DNA from: Thermoplasmatota archaeon | GTDB lineage: Archaea; Thermoplasmatota; E2; DHVEG-1 | Reading direction: 5' to 3' | Assembly: GCA_030619765.1 (NCBI GenBank) | Contig: JAUXAU010000002.1 | Location: 1,724-65,723, forward strand | Length of the DNA stretch: 64,000 nucleotides | In this document: piece after piece, positions 56,734 through 64,000 of the stretch | Numbering within the stretch: the stretch's first letter is position 1 | Layout of the letters: the number at the start of each line of letters is the position of its first letter | Position numbers and translations under genes: made by a program | Notes under the pieces: generated by a model | The model's database searches: none | The model's input: only the letters and a program-made list of their open reading frames with translations | What the model was told of the DNA's origin: nothing

Positions 56734-57873
56734 ATGAAATTAGAGTTAAATGATCAGCAAAAAATGATACAGAAGATGGTGAAAGAATTCGCTGAAAAAG
56801 AGATTGCACCAATTGCTGCAGAACTGGATAAAAAGGAGGAATATCCGACTAAAATTCTTGAAAAGATGGCAAAACTCGGACTTCTTGGAACTATCATACC
56901 AACCGAGTATGGTGGTGCTGGTCTTGATACAATCAGCTACGCGATTGTTGTTGAAGAGATATCACGAAAATGTGCATCAACAGGGGTCATAACTTCTGTT
57001 CATAACTCCTTGGTTGCATGGCCAATAATGAAATATGGTACTGAGGAACAAAAAAAGAAATACCTTCCAATTCTGGCTAAGGGAGAAAAAATAGGCGCAT
57101 TTGCTGCTACAGAACCCAACGCAGGTTCAGACCTTGGAGCCATGCAGACGTCTGCAGTGCTTAAAGGGAACAAATACATTATAAACGGTGACAAAACGTT
57201 TATCACAAGTGGTTCTGAAGCAGGCATCATCATTCTTTTTGCTGTAACGGATAAGAGTGCTGGGCCAAAAGGGATTAGTGCGTTTATTGTTGAAAGTGAT
57301 ATGAAGGGTTATAAGGTTGGCAGTATTTATGAAAAACTTGGTATAAATGCGTCTAAAACCTCGGAGCTTATATTTGAAGATATGGAGGTTCCAAAGGAGA
57401 ATCTTCTAAGTAAAGAGGGTGAGGGATTCAAGATTGCATTGAGCACCCTTGATGGTGGACGGATTGGTATTGCTGCACAGGCAGTTGGTATTGCTCAGGC
57501 GGCACTTGATGAAAGCATTGAATATTCAAAGCAGAGGCAACAGTTTGGACGGCCTTTAGCAAAATTCCAAGCCATACAATGGATGATTGCTGACATGGCT
57601 ACTCGTATAGAAGCCTCACGTTATCTCGTCTATAACGCTGCTTATGTGAAAGATAATGGAGGGCATTTCTCTAAGGAAGCTGCAATGGCAAAATTGTTTG
57701 CTTCAGAGACTGCAATGGAAGCTGTGATTAAAGCAGTACAAATCCATGGAGGATATGGATATACTAAAGAGTATACTGTTGAACGTTTGTTTAGGGATGC
57801 TAAAATCACTGAGATATATGAAGGTACTTCTGAGGTTCAACGGATGGTTATTGCTAGCAGTCTCTTAAGATAA
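56734..57873 (+). CDS. short/branched-chain acyl-CoA dehydrogenase (Bcd-like)
   Basis: FAATEPNAGSD, DGGRIGIAAQAVGIAQ and ITEIYEGTSEVQRMVIA. Confidence 0.9.
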   Translation: MKLELNDQQKMIQKMVKEFAEKEIAPIAAELDKKEEYPTKILEKMAKLGLLGTIIPTEYGGAGLDTISYAIVVEEISRKCASTGVITSVHNSLVAWPIMKYGTEEQKKKYLPILAKGEKIGAFAATEPNAGSDLGAMQTSAVLKGNKYIINGDKTFITSGSEAGIIILFAVTDKSAGPKGISAFIVESDMKGYKVGSIYEKLGINASKTSELIFEDMEVPKENLLSKEGEGFKIALSTLDGGRIGIAAQAVGIAQAALDESIEYSKQRQQFGRPLAKFQAIQWMIADMATRIEASRYLVYNAAYVKDNGGHFSKEAAMAKLFASETAMEAVIKAVQIHGGYGYTKEYTVERLFRDAKITEIYEGTSEVQRMVIASSLLR

Positions 57874-57893
57874 TATTTTCATCAGGTGATGTA

Positions 57894-59513
57894 ATGGGGG
57901 AGTTCAATTACGAAAAAGAGTGTAAGAGTTGGAACTGGAGCATCCCAAAAAAGTACAATATAGGCGTTGACGTTGTTGACAAACACGCAGATTCAAAGAG
58001 TAGAAATAAGGTAGCACTTTATTGGGAGAGCGCTGAAGATACGTCAAAAAAGTTTACTTTTTGGGAGATGAAAAACCTAACGAACAAGTTTGGAAATGTT
58101 CTAAAAAAGCTTGGTTTCAAAAAAGGGGATAGATTCCTTATAAGACTTCCAAATCTTCCAGAATTCCAAGTTTCATTTCTTGGTGGAGTAAAGATAGGGG
58201 CCATACCTATTCCTTCGAGTGTTATGTTTAGGGCACATGATATAGAATACCGGATAAATGATAGTGGTGCTACGGCCGTAATTACAACATCGCGATACGT
58301 CAACGAGGTAAACGAAATCACGAACAAATGCCCAACGTTGAAGCATATCATAATCGTTGATGAGGCATATGGTGATCAGCTATCGTACGACGAATTGATG
58401 AAGGAATCTTCTAGAAATCTGGAGATGGAGCCAACAAACCGTGATGATATGGCGTTTTTCTGTTACACTTCAGGCACCAATGGTAATCCAAAGGGTGCCG
58501 TTCATTTGCATCGTTGGGTTCCAGGTAATGATCCAAGTGTGCTTTTCTGGCAACATGGAAAGAAGAATGATATATTAGCTCATACTGGTGATCTCAACTG
58601 GATTTTCCCACTAGGAAACGGATTTCTTTATCCCTGGCGATGGGGATTTTCCACGTTTATCTATGATGGAAGGTTTGACCCGGACCGTTGGTTTGAACTG
58701 ATAGAAAAATATAAAATTACTAATCTTGCATCTGTTCCAACCGTATATAGAATGTTTGTTGAAGTAAAAGATGCTGATAAGAAATATGATCTTTCGTCTT
58801 TAAGACATTGTATTTCTGCTGGTGAACCACTTAACCCCAAGATTATTAAAGAGTGGAAAAGGCGATTTAATCTTGATATCCATGATGGTATTGGTATGAC
58901 CGAAATTATGGTGTATCTCTCAAATATAAAGGGCATAAAGATTAAACCTGGTTCCTGTGGTAAACCTCAACCTGGAAAAATATGTGCAATTGTTGACCAT
59001 GATGGCAATCCTGTTCTCCAAGGGGAGCCAGGTGTCCTTGCGGTGAAACGGACCGACCCTGGTCTTTTTAAGGAATATTGGAACAAACCTGATAAGACAA
59101 ATGAGAGTTTCAAAAAGGGCTGGTTCCTTACTGGAAATGTTCTCTATCAGGACGATGAAGGTTACTTTTGGTTTAGCGACCGAGATGATGATCTCATAAT
59201 GGCAAATGGTAATCGTATTTCTCCATTTGAAGTTGAATCAACTATTATTTCGCATCCAGCTGTACTTGAATGTGCTGTTGTTGCTAGCCCTGATAAAATA
59301 CGTGGCATGATTGTTAAGGCTTTTGTTATTCTTCATGATAAAAATCTAGCATCGAATGAGCTTGCGAGAGATATTCAGGAATACGTTAAGAGTGTTGCTG
59401 CTTCATATAAGTATCCTCGTGAGATTGAGTTTGTAGAAGAACTTCCTAAGACGCAGAGTGGTAAAATAAAAAGGAAGGAGTTAAGAGAGTTGGAAATAAG
59501 AAGAAATGAATAG
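57894..59513 (+). CDS. AMP-forming acyl-CoA synthetase
   Basis: YTSGTNGNPKG (AMP-binding motif), GMTE, and C-terminal PKTQSGKIKRKELR. Confidence 0.85.
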   Translation: MGEFNYEKECKSWNWSIPKKYNIGVDVVDKHADSKSRNKVALYWESAEDTSKKFTFWEMKNLTNKFGNVLKKLGFKKGDRFLIRLPNLPEFQVSFLGGVKIGAIPIPSSVMFRAHDIEYRINDSGATAVITTSRYVNEVNEITNKCPTLKHIIIVDEAYGDQLSYDELMKESSRNLEMEPTNRDDMAFFCYTSGTNGNPKGAVHLHRWVPGNDPSVLFWQHGKKNDILAHTGDLNWIFPLGNGFLYPWRWGFSTFIYDGRFDPDRWFELIEKYKITNLASVPTVYRMFVEVKDADKKYDLSSLRHCISAGEPLNPKIIKEWKRRFNLDIHDGIGMTEIMVYLSNIKGIKIKPGSCGKPQPGKICAIVDHDGNPVLQGEPGVLAVKRTDPGLFKEYWNKPDKTNESFKKGWFLTGNVLYQDDEGYFWFSDRDDDLIMANGNRISPFEVESTIISHPAVLECAVVASPDKIRGMIVKAFVILHDKNLASNELARDIQEYVKSVAASYKYPREIEFVEELPKTQSGKIKRKELRELEIRRNE

Positions 59514-59528
59514 GAGGTCGAAATAGAT

Positions 59529-60290
59529 ATGAACATAATTGTTTGTGCAAAACAGGTTGTTGATGTTTCAGAGATGAAGGTAGATCCAAACACAAAGAAG
59601 CCTATTTTACAGGGAGTACCGCAAAAGATAAGTGATATTGATAAAAATGCCATAGAAGAAGCTATAAAGATTAAGGATAAACACGGCGGTAAGATAACAG
59701 TTGTGACTGTTGGATCTAGTGATGCAAAGGAGGGGATTAAGGAACTTCTTGCGATGGGTGCTGATGAAGGAGTTTTGATCTCGTCTCCAGATAAATGTGA
59801 TTATCGTGTTGTTTCTAGTCTTCTGGCAGAGGCAATAAAGAAAATTGGCGAGTACGATATCGTACTATGTGGTGAAGCGTCGATTGATATGTTTTCTGGA
59901 CAAGTTGGACCCAGGTTAGCAGGTTTGCTAAACATGCCCCAGATTACATATGCTCAAAATGTTAACGCTGAAAAAGACAAGACTGTTGCTGTGCGAAATA
60001 TGGGTGATAAGTCAGTGACAACCGAATCATCTTATCCCGTGCTTATCACTGTTACAAAGGAGATTAACGAACCTCGTTTGCCAAGTCTTATGCAGATCCT
60101 TGGTGCGGCCAATAAACCTATTAATGAATGGAGCGCAGACTCGCTTACAAAGGATTTGGAACCTAAAGTTGAAACACTTGAACTAAAGGGCATTCCCATG
60201 GAGCGAAAAAACATTGTCTATAAAGATGATGTTGATGACTCAGTGAAGAAACTTGTTGATAGTCTTGCTAAAGAAGGAGTGTTGAGGTGA
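59529..60290 (+). CDS. etfB: electron transfer flavoprotein beta subunit
   Basis: MNIIVCAKQVVD...DLVLCGEASID-type pattern (DIVLCGEASIDMFSGQVG). Confidence 0.85.
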   Translation: MNIIVCAKQVVDVSEMKVDPNTKKPILQGVPQKISDIDKNAIEEAIKIKDKHGGKITVVTVGSSDAKEGIKELLAMGADEGVLISSPDKCDYRVVSSLLAEAIKKIGEYDIVLCGEASIDMFSGQVGPRLAGLLNMPQITYAQNVNAEKDKTVAVRNMGDKSVTTESSYPVLITVTKEINEPRLPSLMQILGAANKPINEWSADSLTKDLEPKVETLELKGIPMERKNIVYKDDVDDSVKKLVDSLAKEGVLR

Positions 60291-60296
60291 TAGAAG

Positions 60297-61253
60297 ATGG
60301 TGCTTGTATTTTCGGATAATAAAAATCTATCCCTTGAATTACTAAACAAAGGCAGTGAACTTGCAAAGGAACTTGGTAAAAATGTTACTGCAGTAATTGT
60401 AGGAAAGAGTGACGATGCACTGGCGAAGGAATATATATCTCATGGAGCTGACAAGGTGTTTATTGCTGAGACGGACATAGATTCGTTTAAAGCGGAAGAA
60501 TATGCAGGGATTTTAGAGAAAGTGCTAAAAGAGACCGGAGCTGAGATAGTTTTAGTTGGCTCTAATAAGAACGGTAAAGATCTCGCCTCTCGTCTGGCAG
60601 GCAGACTAGATGCAGGTTGTGTGATTGATTGTACGAATCTTTATTTGAAGGATAAGAAGTTGACTGTTGAACGTGTTGTTTACAGCGGCAATGCAATAGC
60701 CGTGGAACAATTCAACTCGAAACCAAATATTGTTACCATTCCATCGAAGGTTTTTGATCCACTAGCAAAAGATGATAAGCACACAGGGGACATAGTTAAA
60801 AAGAAATTTGATGTAGAGAAATCGGCATCCAAAGTATTGAAAGTCCAAGAAATGCAGACAGGCGATGTTAATGTTGAAGATGCAGAGATTATCGTATCTT
60901 GTGGTCGTGGATTTAAAAGTAAGGATGATATAAAACTGGTTAGTGAACTGGCAGAGGTTTTAAAAGGTAAAACTGTTGGTTGCAGTCGCCCTATTGCTGC
61001 TGATTTAAAGTGGCTGTCTGAGGATCATTGGATAGGGCTTTCAGGCCATAAGGTTAAACCAAAGTTGTATGTTGCTGTCGGCATTAGTGGTCAGATTCAG
61101 CATATTGCAGGTATGCGTGATTCAAGCATAATTGTTGCAATCAATAAAGATCCTGAGGCATTAATTTTCAAATCTGCTGATTATGGCATTGTAGGAGACC
61201 TTTATGAGATTCTTCCGAAATTAACTAATATGGTTAAAGAGAAGATGGGTTAA
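60297..61253 (+). CDS. etfA: electron transfer flavoprotein alpha subunit
   Basis: IVSCGRG...RPIAAD..W......IGLSGHKVKPKLYVAVGISGQIQHIAGM FAD-binding signature. Confidence 0.85.
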   Translation: MVLVFSDNKNLSLELLNKGSELAKELGKNVTAVIVGKSDDALAKEYISHGADKVFIAETDIDSFKAEEYAGILEKVLKETGAEIVLVGSNKNGKDLASRLAGRLDAGCVIDCTNLYLKDKKLTVERVVYSGNAIAVEQFNSKPNIVTIPSKVFDPLAKDDKHTGDIVKKKFDVEKSASKVLKVQEMQTGDVNVEDAEIIVSCGRGFKSKDDIKLVSELAEVLKGKTVGCSRPIAADLKWLSEDHWIGLSGHKVKPKLYVAVGISGQIQHIAGMRDSSIIVAINKDPEALIFKSADYGIVGDLYEILPKLTNMVKEKMG

Positions 61254-61289
61254 AAACTCATTTTTATCTTTTTATCTATTGGTTAGATT

Positions 61290-61847
61290 GTGTGCAACTG
61301 GAGGTATATGAAAATGGGAAGAGATGAAGATAGAAAACTAATTGAGGAGATTCCAAAAGAAAAGATTGCGGATTTTATTTTTCTCCATCTCCGGAATCTA
61401 TGGGCTGTTGATGGATTGTATTACCTTGAAATTGAAAATACTTTTGGTAAAGAAGCTGCCACCGAGATTGATAGAAAAGTCTGGGAAATCATGGGAAAGA
61501 TTGAAGCACGCAGGTTAAAAAAGCTTTTTAATATTTCAGGTAGTGATATTCCTTCTATGATAGAAGGACTTCGTCTTTCAGGTTGGGCACTCGATCTTGA
61601 AGATAAAGAAATCGTTGTTGAAAAAGATAAAGCAATTGTTAGAAATATACAGTGTCGTGTTCAAAATACACGAATAAAAAGAGGCCTTAGTGAGTTTGGT
61701 TGTAAACCTGTCAGGTGGGGTTTCCTAAAATCTTTTACAAAGGAGTTTAATCCCAATATTGAAGTTGATTGTAAAGTTTGTCCACCAGATCGTCATCCAG
61801 ATGATTTATGGTGTGAATGGGAATTAAAAAAGAAAAAAAAGAATTAA
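61290..61847 (+). CDS. hypothetical Cys-containing protein downstream of etfA
   Basis: Same strand, 36 nt after etfA. C-terminal half has C-x17-C...C-x2-C-x10-C (CRVQ...FGC, CKVCPPDRHPDDLWC). No family confidently recognised. Start is uncertain: the track ORF begins at a GTG at 61290, and in-frame Met codons follow at 61308 and 61314. Confidence 0.4.
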   Translation: MCNWRYMKMGRDEDRKLIEEIPKEKIADFIFLHLRNLWAVDGLYYLEIENTFGKEAATEIDRKVWEIMGKIEARRLKKLFNISGSDIPSMIEGLRLSGWALDLEDKEIVVEKDKAIVRNIQCRVQNTRIKRGLSEFGCKPVRWGFLKSFTKEFNPNIEVDCKVCPPDRHPDDLWCEWELKKKKKN

Positions 61848-61854
61848 GATGGGT

Positions 61855-64000
61855 TTATAGTCCTAGTAGCTGTCTTAGTATTGGGAATGCATTTGGGAAC
61901 TGCTGCAAAAACCGTTGGAATAACGTGTTGATAACTTTGTTTCTTGGTGTTTTAAGTAAGACAGGTATTATATCGAAGTCATTACCATTTTCTCTATTAA
62001 CTACTTTTACTTCGCCAGTAAACTCTAGATTTTGTTGATCCGGTGCTACAACTTCCACTTCTACAGTAACTGATCCATCTTCAGGGGTTAGATCATCTCC
62101 GCTAGAAGGAGTAAATGTCCATTCACCCCATGTTGGGCATTCACAGATTTCCCAATCAAGCAATGAACCTGGTTCACCAATGTTTTCTACAAATATGATA
62201 GTTGTTACTGTTTCACCTGGTTTTACATTGGTCCAAGTCAGATCACCTTCACAAGTTAAATCAGGTATCAGAGGCGGTGGCAGTTCACAATCATAAACAG
62301 TAATACTAAAAGCATCAATACCTGCTTCTACAACAGAACCAGCATTAAGATCTGAGGCTTCGAAGCGAACTTTGACCTGACTAGTTGGTGTTACAAACTC
62401 TCCAACCATAAAGCTTTTTTCTTTCCATCCTGAAGAGGTCACAGGTCCAATTATTTCAACCAAATTCCAGTTGGCGCCATCATCATTTGAGACATAGACT
62501 TTAAAGAGATCATTGTGTGGGTCATTGCCAAAATCATTGGTATACCACAATGCATAGCCAACTTTCGCGTTATCGGTATCACTTAGATCTATTGTTGGGG
62601 AAATCAACCACGTAATCCCATCATCGACATCAGAGTCACCATATCTATTATCAGTCAGGTAGCATTTCCCTGAACCGTCGTAGTCTGTTGGCGGGTCACC
62701 ACGGACACCTCCACCAACAGGAACACCACGTTCCCAGGCTCCAGTAGTAAGATAGGGATCATTTTCTACTGTCCAACCAAGATCGGTTTCAAAATCATCT
62801 TCTATTATTATATCAATATCGTAAGCAAAAACAGCATTATACCATTCGTTTGGTGCTCCTGGTGGCCATAATTGGATTTGCCCATCTGTTGTCTCAGCTG
62901 AAAAGTAAAAAGAAACTTGACTTTGGCATTCGCCTCCAGGGAAAACAGCATCATAAACGTTCGGCTCAATCTCTGTCATTGGGATTTCCTCCCAGCCAGA
63001 ACCGTTGTCTAAGTGTAAAACCCCCGTATCTGGTTCTGGTACACTTGCTACTCCATTAACATTTACTCTCACTGTGGTCCCCCCACCTGGAGAGATTATT
63101 TCAGGAATTCCATCAGGAAATTCGAAAGCAAGCAGAGCTAGAGGAGGTGCATCCATGTTGTGCTCGCCAAAACCAGTCGCAATTTCCCAGTAATGTGGTG
63201 TCCCATCATAGATGTTACCATTGTCGTCATCCAAAACCAGGTAATCGATAGTAATACTTGGAGTGATCATGCTACCGGTGTGCAATAGCATAGCGTTAAT
63301 TGCTAGGTTGCTGATAATGTCAATATAAGTAGATGGATTAGTAATCTCCAATTCGTTACGAGTTTCCCAGATACAACCAGAAATCAACTGTCCGCAATAA
63401 TGAATTTCTCCACTACACGGGTACTGTATATCATTATCAGCGTCTCTAAGAGGTGAATTACAGTCGCCTAAGAAACCCCAACCTGTTCCAGATTCATCTA
63501 AAATGAGCACACCCATTGCATCACCCATACCTTCGCCATATTGTCCTTGTCCGCTACCAGCCATCGATACTAGATGATGGCCATATTCATGATGGACAAT
63601 AGTTGAAAAGGCAGTGTTAGGGCATCCACCTCCTGATGTGAAAAAGTTAATCGAGCTGTAATCGTAGAACGCATTACAATTGTCGTTAAAATTTACGTTA
63701 ACCGGGAATTCATTTTGCTGCAGGCCTGGATAACTTGGATTATAGGTGAGTGTGAAATCACGTACGATGTTGGCCTGGAGATAGCCATTGACTTCAGCTC
63801 GTTTGTACTCGTCATTGTTTAGATTGTTATGCATAAAATTAGCTGGACCTGGGGGCGTTACTGTGTTATATAGTACTGTGTTTGCCCCTGCCAGATTAGA
63901 AACCTTAAACCACTGTCCCCAAAGTCGAGATTCAACGGTCACCGAGGAAGAACCTGAGTTAGGAATCGTGAAATCCCCATTTGCATCAGCATATGCAACA
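61855..64000 (-). CDS. secreted gluzincin metalloprotease (thermolysin/fungalysin-like) with MAM-like jelly-roll and shared C-terminal cassette; 5' end outside window
   Basis: HEYGHH plus GEGMGDAMG (HExxH...ExxxD). The reading frame stays open upstream of the track's GTG at 63942 to the window edge. DDFETDLGWTVEND...CYLTDN...NWNLVE domain. C-terminus ...EFTGEVKVVNRENGNDFDIIPVLLKTPRNKVINTLFQRFLQQFPNAFPILRQLLGL. Confidence 0.75.
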   Translation of the reverse strand, partial: VAYADANGDFTIPNSGSSSVTVESRLWGQWFKVSNLAGANTVLYNTVTPPGPANFMHNNLNNDEYKRAEVNGYLQANIVRDFTLTYNPSYPGLQQNEFPVNVNFNDNCNAFYDYSSINFFTSGGGCPNTAFSTIVHHEYGHHLVSMAGSGQGQYGEGMGDAMGVLILDESGTGWGFLGDCNSPLRDADNDIQYPCSGEIHYCGQLISGCIWETRNELEITNPSTYIDIISNLAINAMLLHTGSMITPSITIDYLVLDDDNGNIYDGTPHYWEIATGFGEHNMDAPPLALLAFEFPDGIPEIISPGGGTTVRVNVNGVASVPEPDTGVLHLDNGSGWEEIPMTEIEPNVYDAVFPGGECQSQVSFYFSAETTDGQIQLWPPGAPNEWYNAVFAYDIDIIIEDDFETDLGWTVENDPYLTTGAWERGVPVGGGVRGDPPTDYDGSGKCYLTDNRYGDSDVDDGITWLISPTIDLSDTDNAKVGYALWYTNDFGNDPHNDLFKVYVSNDDGANWNLVEIIGPVTSSGWKEKSFMVGEFVTPTSQVKVRFEASDLNAGSVVEAGIDAFSITVYDCELPPPLIPDLTCEGDLTWTNVKPGETVTTIIFVENIGEPGSLLDWEICECPTWGEWTFTPSSGDDLTPEDGSVTVEVEVVAPDQQNLEFTGEVKVVNRENGNDFDIIPVLLKTPRNKVINTLFQRFLQQFPNAFPILRQLLGL

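Overview
AT-rich (about one-third G+C by eye, not computed) chromosomal window from an archaeon. Archaeal markers: DnaG-type primase, the aIF-1A/Rio1/KH cluster, Alba, Taw3, MptA, a non-suicide Thi4 and two intron-less tRNAs (Asn-GTT, Thr-GGT). Lineage cannot be assigned without a database search. No rRNA, CRISPR array, transposase or integrase was seen.

Content falls into three groups:
- Housekeeping genes: MetRS, PurC, NadE, DnaG, RimI-like GNAT, Thi4.
- A 50.2-61.3 kb acyl-CoA block: thiolase, Hbd, crotonase, acyl-CoA dehydrogenase, AMP-forming acyl-CoA synthetase and EtfBA. It is interrupted by an opposite-strand B12-dependent acyl-CoA mutase operon. That mutase carries isobutyryl-CoA-mutase-type (Phe/Gln) rather than methylmalonyl-type (Tyr/Arg) specificity residues.
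- Many modular secreted or lipoproteins: S8 protease, gluzincin protease, ASST-like propeller and a 1400-aa adhesin-like protein.

Main unexplained signals:
- A C-terminal cassette ending in an FP[IL]L[RHY]x[LM]L tail, shared by at least five secreted-protein loci including one promoter-abutting, GC-richer gene remnant. This is a candidate lineage-specific sorting signal.
- Two copies of a roughly 60-75 nt TATA-to-oligo-T unit that folds into nested hairpins with compensatory changes and exposes a conserved CCCUCCCU (anti-Shine-Dalgarno-like) stretch. This is a candidate new sRNA family.
- An exact 18-nt motif, TTTTCATTTTGACATTTT, upstream of three small-protein genes in a 41.4-44.7 kb island of tiny Cys-rich proteins.
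- Several other recurrent promoter-like and 3'-flank elements.

All calls rest on motif recognition by eye. No searches or folding programs were run.
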